NCBI GenBank assembly: GCA_965218435.1
Contig: CBDCKW010000009.1
Span: 2,784,001 to 2,848,000 of the forward strand
Direction of reading: 5' to 3'
Length of the DNA stretch: 64,000 nucleotides
From: Truepera sp.
GTDB taxonomy: Bacteria; Deinococcota; Deinococci; Deinococcales; Trueperaceae
Of this stretch, positions 28,262-38,269 are shown one piece after another. Within the stretch, counting starts at the first letter, position 1, and the number at the start of each line of letters is the position of its first letter. The notes beneath the pieces are model-generated. The model saw only the letters and a program-made list of their open reading frames with translations, searched no databases and was not told the origin of the DNA. Both the position numbers and the translations under genes were made by a program.

Positions 28262-29305
28262 CTAATAAAGGTCAAAGAAACTGAAGCCGAAATCATGATT
28301 GAACATTGTTGCCTGATTCGCCTTTGCGTGAGTTATTATTTTTTCGATATTGTTGGGCAGCTTAGAATGCAGTAGCTTAGATACGCACCAATCTTCAATC
28401 TGCGCAATAAGCATATTCGATATTGCAACTTTGAGAGCGTCGATACTCGCCGATTGCGTAAATTCTTGAAACTTTTGAGAGCTGTCATCTGCTTCTTTAT
28501 GGGTGGCGGAAATCATTATTGATGACGAATTTAGAGGAAACAAATTGATGATGTTAAAAGAATTACGGCTGATTTTAGTAGCTTGCCGCAGCTTTTCGGG
28601 GACATCAGACATGGGTATAGCTCGCATAGCTATTGGGCGTAGTAATATAGAGGATGCACACACCTCAATTCTTGGCAGTTCTCGCACAGAATAATCGATG
28701 ATAGTGTCGTCAGTCAATCCGTTAACAAGAGATTTTGCGATTGACTCCAAAAGTTCAACGCCGAGAATATTTTGGTTGAGTGGAGATAGTTCAGGAATAG
28801 CATAAGGCTTGTGTTTATCAAGCTGCCTCAAAAAGAAAATATTTCCCTGCTTTTTTCTTATTTCGTGTACCACTGGTCTTAAGGAATAAAGACATGCTTC
28901 TGATACCTTTGAAGGCAGTAATGGGGTTGGGTTCTCTATAGATGAAAACAATTTTCCATCACAAGTTGGGCAGTATCCGTACATGCTAATTGATTGCTCC
29001 CAACCGATTCGTTCAAAGGAGTAATATTCATTGTAACGAAACCTGTTGGTTCTAAGCTCCCGGACATGATTGTCCAAACCACATATTTGGCTGACAATAC
29101 CCTTTTGTTTTAGAAGATGATTTCTGGAACTACGGTTTGAACAGCCATTTGTGTAACAAACAGGTCTATACTCTTGATGGTGTGGACGAGTCTTTTTCCA
29201 GAGCTTGCCGAATTTAGAGTAATCGAGAAGCTTTTTTTCCTCTTCAGACATAATTGAATTTACACCGCCGGACATACCAATGCCATTCTTGCGATTCCGG
29301 TTCAC
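28262..29305 (-). CDS. Low-GC hypothetical protein with Cys/His motifs (start uncertain)
   Basis: 347-codon AT-rich ORF; CYTNGC...NH and YCPTCD..LF..IE motifs. Confidence 0.75.
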   Translation of the reverse strand: MNRNRKNGIGMSGGVNSIMSEEEKKLLDYSKFGKLWKKTRPHHQEYRPVCYTNGCSNRSSRNHLLKQKGIVSQICGLDNHVRELRTNRFRYNEYYSFERIGWEQSISMYGYCPTCDGKLFSSIENPTPLLPSKVSEACLYSLRPVVHEIRKKQGNIFFLRQLDKHKPYAIPELSPLNQNILGVELLESIAKSLVNGLTDDTIIDYSVRELPRIEVCASSILLRPIAMRAIPMSDVPEKLRQATKISRNSFNIINLFPLNSSSIMISATHKEADDSSQKFQEFTQSASIDALKVAISNMLIAQIEDWCVSKLLHSKLPNNIEKIITHAKANQATMFNHDFGFSFFDLY

Positions 29306-29338
29306 CAGTTTGTGGCTTGCTAAGGAATTCTATCTCCG

Positions 29339-30832
29339 TCAACCCTCACGCTCCCAATCTCGAGAGCGTTCAACCGCCCGCCGCCACCGACTTAAGAGCC
29401 GTTCACGCGCCTCCTTAGCCATAGTCGGTTCAAACCGCCGGTCTTCCGTCCAGTTTTCAGTAATTTCGCGCTCACTACTCCAGTAGTCCACCGCTAAACC
29501 TGCCAAATACGCCGCGCCCAAGGCCGTCGTCTCGGTCACTTGCGGGCGCACCACCGGAATACCCAAAATGTCGGCCTGAAACTGCATCAGCAGGTCGTTC
29601 GCGCTCGCGCCGCCGTCTACGCGGAGTTCGGGAATGTCGAGCTTCGCGTCCTGCCGCATTGCGCCCAAAAGGTCGGCAACTTGATAGGCGATGGCCTCGA
29701 GCGCAGCCCGCGCAATATGTCCCGCCGTACTCCCCCGCGTCAGGCCGACCAGCGTCCCACGCGCATAAGCGTCCCAATAGGGTGCACCGAGTCCCGTAAA
29801 CGCCGGGACGAGATAGACGCCGCCGTTATCGTCAACGCTCCCGGCCAGAGCTTCAACGTCACTGCTCGAGCGGATAATCCCCAGCCCGTCCCGGAGCCAC
29901 TGCACCACCGCCCCGGCGACGAAAACACCGCCCTCGAGCGCAAACGTCCGCGCGTCCCCACGCTGCCACGCTACCGTCGTTAGGAGTTTGTGCTCACTTG
30001 CGACCGGTTCCGCGCCGGTATTTAAGAGCATAAAACAGCCTGTGCCGTAAGTATTTTTGACCATGCCGGTCTCGAGGCATGCCTGTCCAAACGTCGCCGC
30101 TTGTTGGTCGCCCGCAATGCCAGCCAGTTTAATCCGGCTGCCGAACAGCCCCGGCGCGGTTTCGCCGTAAACTTCGCTGCTGCTGAGGATTTCCGGCAAC
30201 ATTGTGCGGGGAATGTCTAGCAGCCCCAACAGCTCATCGTCCCAAGTCCCTTGACGGACGTTATAGAGGAGTGTCCGGCAAGCGTTGGTGGCGTCGGTGA
30301 TATGTAATTCGCCGCCCGTTAAGTTATAGACGAGCCACGAATCCACGGTGCCGAAGGCCAACTCACCGGCTTCCGCTCTCCCCCGTAAACCGTCTACGTT
30401 GTCCAAAAGCCACTTGAGTTTCGTCCCGCTAAAGTACGGGTCAATCAGGAGCCCGGTCCGCTCCCGCACCAGCGCCTCGTGTCCGGCTTCGCGGAGTTCG
30501 TCGCACATGGCGGCGGTGCGGCGGTCTTGCCAGACGATGGCATGATGCACAGGTTTGCCCGTCTTTTTGTCCCACACAACGACGGTCTCACGCTGATTGG
30601 TGATGCCGATGGCGGCAATGTCCCCGGCCCGAACGCCTGCGTTCGCCAAAGCTTCTTGCGCCACGCCAATTTGGGTACTCCAGATTTCGCCCGCATCGTG
30701 CTCGACCCAGCCGCTTTTAGGAAAATACTGTTTGAACTCTTTTTGTCCGGTGCCGCAAATTTTGCCCTCGGCGTCAAAAACGATGGCGCGGCTGCTCGTC
30801 GTGCCCTGGTCGAGGGCCAAAATGTAGTGCAT
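29339..30832 (-). CDS. glpK: Glycerol kinase
   Basis: [49 protein letters not shown]. Confidence 0.97.
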   Translation of the reverse strand: MHYILALDQGTTSSRAIVFDAEGKICGTGQKEFKQYFPKSGWVEHDAGEIWSTQIGVAQEALANAGVRAGDIAAIGITNQRETVVVWDKKTGKPVHHAIVWQDRRTAAMCDELREAGHEALVRERTGLLIDPYFSGTKLKWLLDNVDGLRGRAEAGELAFGTVDSWLVYNLTGGELHITDATNACRTLLYNVRQGTWDDELLGLLDIPRTMLPEILSSSEVYGETAPGLFGSRIKLAGIAGDQQAATFGQACLETGMVKNTYGTGCFMLLNTGAEPVASEHKLLTTVAWQRGDARTFALEGGVFVAGAVVQWLRDGLGIIRSSSDVEALAGSVDDNGGVYLVPAFTGLGAPYWDAYARGTLVGLTRGSTAGHIARAALEAIAYQVADLLGAMRQDAKLDIPELRVDGGASANDLLMQFQADILGIPVVRPQVTETTALGAAYLAGLAVDYWSSEREITENWTEDRRFEPTMAKEARERLLSRWRRAVERSRDWEREG

Positions 30833-30925
30833 TAAATGCCTCCTTGTGTGAGGCTAAAATAGCACGGGTTCAAGCGGTAGACACATCCCAGCTGCGGTGA
30901 GCCGGTGCCGTGCTAGCGTAACCAG

Positions 30926-31417
30926 GTGACGCTCGAGCTAGAACGACTGCAACAGCAAACCACTGCGGACGGCAAACTTTGTGTTGTATCCGCGCTAATC
31001 AAAAATAAACGGGGTCACATCTTCGTACAAAAGAGAACTTTAGATAGACAGCTCTTTCCCGGCTGCTGAGACGTTGTAGGTGGTCACGTCGAGACAGGTG
31101 AAACACTTTTTGAGGCTTTAGCTCGAGAGGTCAAAGAAGAAACCGGCTGGCAGCTTACCCGCTTAGTGGCCCTACTTGATACCGTCGCTTGGGAAGCGCA
31201 TAGAATAGCGCGGCGGGAGTTCAGTTTTCTAGTTGAGGTAGAGGGAGACCTCGAGCACCCGGTACTGGAAAAAAACAAAGTCAGTGAGCACCGCTGGCTC
31301 AGCCCCGGACAGCTTGACATCCTTAAAGAGAACCGCTCAGCAGACGACCTGACGATTCTGCGTCTTGTAGAGAACGCGCTAGCTTTCAACCGACCTAAAA
31401 ACGACGGCCTATACTGA
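30926..31417 (+). pseudogene. NUDIX hydrolase with an in-frame TGA at 31067-31069
   Basis: Reads ...QKR...LFPGC*DVVGGHVETGETLFEALAREVKEETG; the stop sits where Trp is expected; leaderless TGcTAGCGT before GTG 30926. Confidence 0.8.
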
Positions 31418-31421
31418 AACC

Positions 31422-32156
31422 ATGCTCATCTACGGAAAACAAGCCGTCACCGAAGCCCTGCAAGAAGGAGGCGCAGAACGCGTCTACGTCGCGCACGGCG
31501 TTCAACTCGGAACCGTCAAACAGCTCCAAACTTTAGCCCGTAAAGCCGACGCGGACTTTCAGCTCGTCCCCCGCACCCAGCTCGACCAGACCCTTAAAAC
31601 GACGCGGCATCAGGGGATTGCCGCCGAACTTCCCGACCTCACCTACGCCGAGCCGGACGCACCTTTCAAACTGGCCGAGCAGCGCGGTGAAAAACCCCTG
31701 CTGGTTTTGCTCGACCAGATTACCGACCCGCACAACTACGGTGCGATTATCCGCAGCGCCGAAGTGTTAGGGGCGCACGGCGTCGTCACCGAAGAGCGGC
31801 GGAGCGCGAGCTTGTCGGCGGTCGTCGCTAAGGTTTCGGCGGGGGCAAGCAGTCACTTACCGCTGGTGCAGGTTAAAAACTTGCCGCGTTATATGGACGA
31901 GCTTAAAGAACGGGGCGTGTGGCTTTACGGCGCGTCGGGCGAAGCTCATTTACGCCCCGAGCAGATTGATTGGGACCGGCCCGCCGCGCTCGTGATCGGG
32001 TCGGAAGGCACGGGGATGCGGCGGCTCGTACGCGACAAATGTGACGACCTCATCGCCATTCCGATGCAAGGCAAAGTGGCGTCTCTCAATGCGTCGGTGG
32101 CAGCCGGGATTTTGCTCTACGCAGTGGTGGGCTCGAGACCCCAAGCCAGTAGATAG
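31422..32156 (+). CDS. rlmB: 23S rRNA 2'-O-methyltransferase, TrmH/SpoU family (RlmB-like)
   Basis: HQGI, DQITDPHNYGAIIRSA, IGSEG.G, SLNASVA. Confidence 0.85.
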   Translation: MLIYGKQAVTEALQEGGAERVYVAHGVQLGTVKQLQTLARKADADFQLVPRTQLDQTLKTTRHQGIAAELPDLTYAEPDAPFKLAEQRGEKPLLVLLDQITDPHNYGAIIRSAEVLGAHGVVTEERRSASLSAVVAKVSAGASSHLPLVQVKNLPRYMDELKERGVWLYGASGEAHLRPEQIDWDRPAALVIGSEGTGMRRLVRDKCDDLIAIPMQGKVASLNASVAAGILLYAVVGSRPQASR

Positions 32157-32194
32157 TATGGCGTAAGGTAACGGCTTTTAGAGACGCAGCCAAG

Positions 32195-32243
32195 TCTGTA
32201 TTCTCCATTCCGTATTCTTAATTCCTCCTTCTTGCTTCTGTAA
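32195..32243. repeat. Degenerate heptamer tandem repeat x7
   Basis: tctgtat tctccat tccgtat tcttaat tcctcct tcttgct tctgtaa. Confidence 0.6.
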
Positions 32244-32348
32244 TTTAAGCAGCTACCCCCTGAACGCGTGTACCATTTTTCAGAAAGCTGACGGCAACAC
32301 CTCGCTTCTCTCAATATACGGATGCTACCTGCTGGTGTATAAGAGAGC

Positions 32349-34319
32349 ATGGCCAAACTCAAGGCAAAACACCTTTTAGACCTGGTATTCGTCTCAGACG
32401 CGCAGCTCAGCCCGGACGCCAAGCAAGTCGTCGCCGTCCAAACGACGATTCAGCAACCGGACGACCAGAAATCAGACGACCGGGACAAACCACCCGAATA
32501 TCAGAGTCAGCTGTTTCTTTACGGCGTAGGCGACGAACCGCGTCAGCTGACCTACAGCGGCTCCAATACGCAGCCGCGTTTTAGCCCGGATGGAAGCCAA
32601 TTGGCGTTCGTTTCTCAGCGTCCTGGAAAAACAGGTGACGAGGAAAAACCGCAGCTCTGCCTTTTACCTCTAAGTAGCGGCGAAGCGCAAACCTTGACCG
32701 ACTTCAAGGCGGGCGTCGGTGAAATCGTCTGGCACCCGTCGGGGGATAAGATTGCGTTGGTCTCGAGGGGTGACTTTGAGGATGAAGCGGGCAAACGGGG
32801 CGAGGCTCGAGTGATTGACCGGGTGTTTTACAAAGGCGACGGAATCGGCTTTCGCTCTACCGAACCCGCGCAGATTTATCTCTATGACTTAGAGACTCAG
32901 AAGACCGAAAAACTCACCAAACTTAAAAGCAGTCCCGACAGCTTAGCGTTCAGCCCGGACGGTGAACTGCTCTACTTCGTCGCCGCCAAAGACTCTGACG
33001 CCGAAGACGCGTGGGAGAGCAGCGTGTGGGTTTGCGAGACCTCGGGTAAAGGTAAACCGCAGCGGCTGGCACCGAACCTCTCACGCGCGTTTACGGTCAC
33101 GCCAAGCCCGGATGGGACGCAGCTTGCCATTCTAGCCGCAACCGCCCAAGACAACTTTGCCAGCCCGGTCGGGCTCTGGTTGGCCCCGGCTGACGGGAGT
33201 GACGCAACCCTCCTCACCGGTGAGTTAGACGCCGCGCCGAGCAGCGGCGGCGACAGCCATTACGGGGGCTACCCGAACGCGCCCCTTTGGGCAGACGACG
33301 GGAGTATCTACGTCAACGTCAATCAAGAGGGGCGGAGCGGCGTGGCGCGGGTTACCTTAGACGGCAAACTTCGGACTGTGCAAAAAGGTGAACGCGTTAT
33401 GACCGGGTTTCATCACCAGGATGGGCGTTTTGCTTTTACGGCGGAAACGCCCGACCGCCCCGGCGAAGTTTTTTTTCGTGACGCAAGGGGCAAAGAGACA
33501 CAGCTCAGCTCCGCAAATACGGCCTTTGCCGAAACCTATAAACTCGCCGAGGCTAGCCCAGCGCAGCGCGCCAAAGCCAAGGGCGGCCCCAAGCTCGAGT
33601 ACTGGACGCTTTCCCCCCGTAAACCCCGTAAAGACAAGGCGCTGGTGCTGCAAGTTCACGGCGGCCCGCACACAAACTACGGCTACGGCTTCTACTTCGA
33701 GTTTCAACTGTTAGCGGCGCAGGGCTACACCGTCGTGTACGGCAATCCGAGGGGCTCGAGCAGCTACGGTGCGGACTTCTCCACCACCATGCAAGGGCGT
33801 TACGGCACCGTTGACGCCGCTGACGTCATGGCGATTGCCAACACGGCGAGGGCGGCACATACCGACCCGGACGCGCCCATCCATCTGACCGGCGGCTCGT
33901 ACGGCGGCTTTATGACCAACTGGCTGGTCACGCAAACGAGCATGTTTCGTTCGGCGGTGACGCAGCGGAGCATCTGTAACTGGCTGTCGTTTTACGGCAC
34001 TTCGGATGTCGGTTACGGCTTTGCTAAGCAAGAGGTCGGCGGCAACCCGTGGAATGACCTCGAGAAACTCTGGGAGCAGAGCCCCCTCAAGTACGTGGCG
34101 AACGTCGAGACCCCACTGTTAATCATCCACGCCGACGAAGATCACCGCTGCCCCGTCGAACAAGCCGAGCAGCTGTTTGTCGCACTTAAACAGCTTGGGA
34201 AAATAACGCAGCTGATCCGCTTTCCAGCCGAAGGGCACGAACTTTCACGTTCAGGTCGCCCCGACCGCCGAGTGGCCAGGTTAGAGGCCATCTTAGGCTG
34301 GTTTGACGCTCACGCCTAA
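32349..34319 (+). CDS. S9 family peptidase (acylaminoacyl-peptidase-like)
   Basis: Propeller repeats (PRFSPDG), HGGPH, GGSYGG, D.RCP, EGHELSRSG. Confidence 0.93.
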   Translation: MAKLKAKHLLDLVFVSDAQLSPDAKQVVAVQTTIQQPDDQKSDDRDKPPEYQSQLFLYGVGDEPRQLTYSGSNTQPRFSPDGSQLAFVSQRPGKTGDEEKPQLCLLPLSSGEAQTLTDFKAGVGEIVWHPSGDKIALVSRGDFEDEAGKRGEARVIDRVFYKGDGIGFRSTEPAQIYLYDLETQKTEKLTKLKSSPDSLAFSPDGELLYFVAAKDSDAEDAWESSVWVCETSGKGKPQRLAPNLSRAFTVTPSPDGTQLAILAATAQDNFASPVGLWLAPADGSDATLLTGELDAAPSSGGDSHYGGYPNAPLWADDGSIYVNVNQEGRSGVARVTLDGKLRTVQKGERVMTGFHHQDGRFAFTAETPDRPGEVFFRDARGKETQLSSANTAFAETYKLAEASPAQRAKAKGGPKLEYWTLSPRKPRKDKALVLQVHGGPHTNYGYGFYFEFQLLAAQGYTVVYGNPRGSSSYGADFSTTMQGRYGTVDAADVMAIANTARAAHTDPDAPIHLTGGSYGGFMTNWLVTQTSMFRSAVTQRSICNWLSFYGTSDVGYGFAKQEVGGNPWNDLEKLWEQSPLKYVANVETPLLIIHADEDHRCPVEQAEQLFVALKQLGKITQLIRFPAEGHELSRSGRPDRRVARLEAILGWFDAHA

Positions 34320-34501
34320 GCAGCCGAACCTAAGTTGAGCCTGAACGCCTATACCTGGGCCTTCAGCCAAATTTACCGATAACTCAGCGGCTACACTTAC
34401 AGCGTGTGAAGTTTCTCGCACTTCGCACGTGAAACTCAGCTGCTTTGTCTGGTTGTGCTTATTGTGACATATGCCTCACAACAAAGTGCTAATTTAATCC
34501 C

Positions 34502-34591
34502 ATGAAGTTCTTAAGCGCACCACATTTGCCACAGTCACATTCACCACAGTCACACTTACCGCAACCGCATTTACCGCAGTCAGCTTGCTAG
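34502..34591 (+). CDS. Putative leaderless leader peptide MKFLSAPHLPQSHSPQSHLPQPHLPQSAC
   Basis: TGcTAATTT 6 nt before ATG; the stop abuts the SD of the next gene. Confidence 0.4.
   Translation: MKFLSAPHLPQSHSPQSHLPQPHLPQSAC
34521..34580. repeat. 15-bp tandem repeat x4
   Basis: cacatttgccacagt cacattcaccacagt cacacttaccgcaac cgcatttaccgcagt. Confidence 0.85.
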
Positions 34592-34602
34592 AGGAGACGA
34601 GG

Positions 34603-35871
34603 ATGAGCGCAGCTAAACTCAAGGTCACTACCTTTGTCAAAAACTTGCTCGGGGGCGGCGCTGAGCGGGTCGCCGTCAATCTGCTTCAAGGACTACCCCG
34701 CGACACCTTTACCCAAGAACTCGTGATGGTTGACGCGTGGGGACCCTTTTTAGAACAGGTTCCGGCAGACGTAAAGCAGGTCAATCTGGGCCTCGGGAAC
34801 AACGTCTATAAGGCGGTTCCGCAGCTGGTCCGCTATCTGCGGCAGCATAAACCCGACGTGCTCGTTTCGCATTTAGCCCACGCCAACGTCGCAGCTGTCG
34901 TCGCGGCGACGTTGGCAGGGACCGGTACCAAGGTTGTCTTAATCGAACATAACGACAACTCGCTGGTTGACCAAGAACGGACGCGCTCACGTATCAGCAA
35001 GGCGCTGCAGCAGGTTAAGTCTCTGGCTTACCGGCGCGCCGATATGGTTGTCGGGGTTTCAGGCGGGGTCACAGCGTATGTCGGCCGCACCTTCGGGGTG
35101 CCTTACACAAAGCTGAAAACAGTCTACAATCCGGTGGTTAGTCCGGCGATGTTGGAGCGTTCACATCGCCCCTTGACGCACCCGTGGTTTGCCGCCGGTG
35201 AACCGCCGGTGCTCTTAGCCAGTGGCCGCTTACGTGAACAAAAAGATTTTAGCACGCTTCTTAAGGCGTTTGCGCAGGTGCGAGCGGCGCGTTCTTGCCG
35301 TCTGCTGATTTTAGGTGAAGGCGCGCTCAGGGCAGAACTCGAGGCTGAAGTCGCCGCACTCGGTTTGCAGGGTGACGTGGCGCTGCCGGGGTTTGTTGAA
35401 AATCCTTACGCCTATATGCGTCACGCGGCGCTTTTTGTCCTCTCGTCACAGTGGGAAGGTCTTCCGACGGTGCTGGTCGAGGCGATGGCGTGCGGCTGCC
35501 CGGTCGTCGCAACCGACTGCCCAAGTGGTCCGGCGGAGATTTTAGAACACGGGCGGCTCGGCCCGCTGGTCGAGCTGGCGAACCCTACGGCGCTCGCAAA
35601 TGCGATTCTAGAGACGCTTCAAACACCGACGCCGCGTGAACTGCTGGAGGCTAGGGCTGCACATTTTTCATTTGACAACGCGATTGCCGCCTATACCCAA
35701 CTGTTTTTAGAGCTGGCTCAACCTCAACCGTCGGCACCCGGCGCTTTAACAGCGTCTCAGCGTGCCCTAGTTAGCTCAGCGGCAAAACTTATCCGACTTA
35801 GTACCCGTATCAAACGCATAAGCCGAAATCGTCGCAGCCGCAAGCTGGGACCACTAGAAAGTCAGGAATAA
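34603..35871 (+). CDS. Glycosyltransferase family 4
   Basis: GGAER, GRL..QKD, SS.WEGLPTVLVEAMACG; SD GAGGAG before ATG 34603. Confidence 0.92.
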   Translation: MSAAKLKVTTFVKNLLGGGAERVAVNLLQGLPRDTFTQELVMVDAWGPFLEQVPADVKQVNLGLGNNVYKAVPQLVRYLRQHKPDVLVSHLAHANVAAVVAATLAGTGTKVVLIEHNDNSLVDQERTRSRISKALQQVKSLAYRRADMVVGVSGGVTAYVGRTFGVPYTKLKTVYNPVVSPAMLERSHRPLTHPWFAAGEPPVLLASGRLREQKDFSTLLKAFAQVRAARSCRLLILGEGALRAELEAEVAALGLQGDVALPGFVENPYAYMRHAALFVLSSQWEGLPTVLVEAMACGCPVVATDCPSGPAEILEHGRLGPLVELANPTALANAILETLQTPTPRELLEARAAHFSFDNAIAAYTQLFLELAQPQPSAPGALTASQRALVSSAAKLIRLSTRIKRISRNRRSRKLGPLESQE

Positions 35872-36780
35872 ATGAAATACGCCAGTTTTTGCTACGACAC
35901 CTCGGTTAATCTGGGCGATCAGGTGCAGAGTTTTGCCGCCGAGCAGTATTTGCCCCGTTTAGATGGTCACGTTGACCGCGATTCGCTCAACAAACTGAGC
36001 GGCCCTGAAAAAACGCTCGTGATCATGAACGGCTGGTTCAGTGACAAACCGCAGAACTGGCCCCCGTCCGGGGCGCTCGAGCCCGTTTTCTTCGGCTTTC
36101 ACGCTACTTATTACAACGGTTTTAATAAACGCTATTTGGAACCGGATTCGGTCGCCTACCTAAAAACGCAGGAACCGATCGGCTGCCGTGACCAGCAGAC
36201 GTGCGACTGGCTCCGTGAACGGGGCGTTGACGCGTTTTACAGCAAATGTTTGACGCTGACCTTTCCTAAACGCGAGCACACACCCGAAAACGGCAAGGTC
36301 TTTCTGGTTGACGTCGAGTATTACCCGATCCCTAAAAAGCTGCGAAAAAAAGGCGTCAAGGTCAGTCAGATGACGGTACCGTTTTACGACGACGAAACCA
36401 AACGTAAGATGATGAAACAGCTGTTGGAGAGCTATAAAAATGAGGCGTCACTGGTTATCACCTCAAAACTTCACTGCGCGATGCCGTGTTTGGCGATGGG
36501 GATTCCGGTTGTTTTTATCGGCAAACCCGACGACTACCGCACGACGATTCTTAGAGATATGGGGCTTACGATTCAACCCTACCGTTTGCCCAAAAGCAAA
36601 CCGCTCCGGCTGCTCAAATGGGCGCTCTACGAAACGCTGGGGCTCGGGTACGTGCGGAAAAACATCTGGAACCCCAAAGTGCTCGATATCGAAGCGGAAA
36701 AAGAGTCAATTCGTTCACGGCTAAAAGCGCAACTCGTCAAGCACCTCGGTGCCCGCGAAGAGGTCGGCGAACTGGTATAG
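35872..36780 (+). CDS. Polysaccharide pyruvyl transferase family protein
   Basis: NLGDQVQS, MNGWF, IGCRD, ITSKLHCAMPCLAMG. Confidence 0.85.
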   Translation: MKYASFCYDTSVNLGDQVQSFAAEQYLPRLDGHVDRDSLNKLSGPEKTLVIMNGWFSDKPQNWPPSGALEPVFFGFHATYYNGFNKRYLEPDSVAYLKTQEPIGCRDQQTCDWLRERGVDAFYSKCLTLTFPKREHTPENGKVFLVDVEYYPIPKKLRKKGVKVSQMTVPFYDDETKRKMMKQLLESYKNEASLVITSKLHCAMPCLAMGIPVVFIGKPDDYRTTILRDMGLTIQPYRLPKSKPLRLLKWALYETLGLGYVRKNIWNPKVLDIEAEKESIRSRLKAQLVKHLGAREEVGELV

Positions 36781-36818
36781 CTCACCCAACTCAGTTACCG
36801 CACCGAACGGAGCGTAGC

Positions 36819-37247
36819 CTAGAGCCACGCTCCGTTTAACGTCGCGCTCAGGGTGCGGCTGCCCCCGTTGTTACGGTGCTCACAAAGATAAATCCCTTGC
36901 CAAGTGCCGAGTAACAGCGCCCCGTCCTTGACAGGGATCGTCAGCGAAAATCCTAGAAGCGAGCCTTTAAGGTGCGCGGGCATATCGTCGGGACCCTCGA
37001 GCGTGTGCTCAAAGTAAGGTTCATTCTCGGGCACCAGCTCATTAAAAAACCGCTCGAAGTCGCCGCGAACCGCTCGTGAGGCGTTTTCGTTGAGGGTCAA
37101 ACTCGCCGAGGTGTGGTGAATAAACACGTTAAGTAGTCCGACCCTGACGTCACGCAGCTCAGGGAGCTGCGCCGTAACGTCGCGGGTGATGAGGTGAAAG
37201 CCCCTGGGTTTCGGCGGCAGCGTAAAAGTTTTTTGGGTCCAAGCCAT
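36819..37247 (-). CDS. yjbQ: YjbQ (UPF0047) family protein
   Basis: HTSASLTLNEN, DDMPAHLK, LGTWQGIYLCEH; leaderless TAGCCT before ATG 37247. Confidence 0.9.
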   Translation of the reverse strand: MAWTQKTFTLPPKPRGFHLITRDVTAQLPELRDVRVGLLNVFIHHTSASLTLNENASRAVRGDFERFFNELVPENEPYFEHTLEGPDDMPAHLKGSLLGFSLTIPVKDGALLLGTWQGIYLCEHRNNGGSRTLSATLNGAWL

Positions 37248-37313
37248 GCCCCAGGCTAGCGCCAAAGCATGCGCAGGTTTAGAGGCTACACCATCATGTT
37301 GCTTGTAATCGCC

Positions 37314-38246
37314 CTAAAGCCGCCGCAAGTAAACCCCGGTCGCGCGGTGGCCGAAACCTTTTTCTAAAATCAGCCGCGCCCGCGCCCGCGTCGGTGCGAT
37401 ATTTTTACGCAAATTGAGCAGGTTGATGTCTTCCCAGATCCGCGCCGCCGTCCTCTTCGCCTCAACTTCAGGTAGATCGGCAAGGTGATGAAAGTATGAC
37501 GACGGATTTTGAAATGCCGTCTCTTTGAGTTTCATAAAGCGTGCGGTGTACCACGCTAAAAGCTGCTCTTCGTGCGCGTCTACATAGACTGAAAAATCAA
37601 AAAAGTCCGAGACGAAGACCCGGTCACTGGGACTGTCACCCGCGCCGTCGCCGCGGCCCAGGACGTTAAGTCCCTCTAAAATCACGATGTCGGGCCCCTT
37701 GACCTTGACCGCCTCCCCCGGCACGATGTCGTAACTCAGGTGCGAGTACACGGGCGCACTCGCCTCCGCGCCGGATTTGATGTCGGCGACAAACCGTAAA
37801 AGTCGCCGCTGATCGTAGCTTTCCGGGAACCCTTTACGGTGCATCAGGCCCCGCGCTTCTAAAACTCGGTTCGGATACAAAAAGCCGTCGGTCGTAATCA
37901 GGTCAACTTTCGGGTGGTCGGGCCAGTGCGACAGGAGCGCCTGCAACACCCGCGCCGTCGTGCTTTTGCCCGCCGCCACGCTGCCCGCAATGCCGATCAC
38001 AAACGGCACCATCTGCGTGGGCTTGCCCAAAAAAGCGTCGGTGACCCGGAACAGCTCTTGCGCTTTAGACACGTAGAGGTTTAAGAGACGTGACAGCGGC
38101 AGGTAAACCTCCGCCACCTCATCTAGCGAGAGGTCTTCGTTGAGACCTCTGAGCTCGTCTAAATCTTCTTTAGAAAGCGTAAGCGGCGTGGCGTCGCGCA
38201 GCGCAGCCCAGGCCGCACGGCCAAAGTGCATATAAGGGGACGGCAT
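37314..38246 (-). CDS. coaA: Type I pantothenate kinase
   Basis: [36 protein letters not shown]. Confidence 0.95.
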   Translation of the reverse strand: MPSPYMHFGRAAWAALRDATPLTLSKEDLDELRGLNEDLSLDEVAEVYLPLSRLLNLYVSKAQELFRVTDAFLGKPTQMVPFVIGIAGSVAAGKSTTARVLQALLSHWPDHPKVDLITTDGFLYPNRVLEARGLMHRKGFPESYDQRRLLRFVADIKSGAEASAPVYSHLSYDIVPGEAVKVKGPDIVILEGLNVLGRGDGAGDSPSDRVFVSDFFDFSVYVDAHEEQLLAWYTARFMKLKETAFQNPSSYFHHLADLPEVEAKRTAARIWEDINLLNLRKNIAPTRARARLILEKGFGHRATGVYLRRL

Positions 38247-38269
38247 AGAGGTCAGCTTACTGTGCTCGC

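Noticed and set aside
28102..31069. TGA recoding (Trp or Sec) suggested by two in-frame TGAs
   Set aside because: TGA is the normal stop of many intact genes here (e.g. 15435, 19183, 50232, glpK), and conserved Trp positions use TGG.
34521..34580. CRISPR array
   Set aside because: Contiguous 15-bp units with no spacers and no cas genes.
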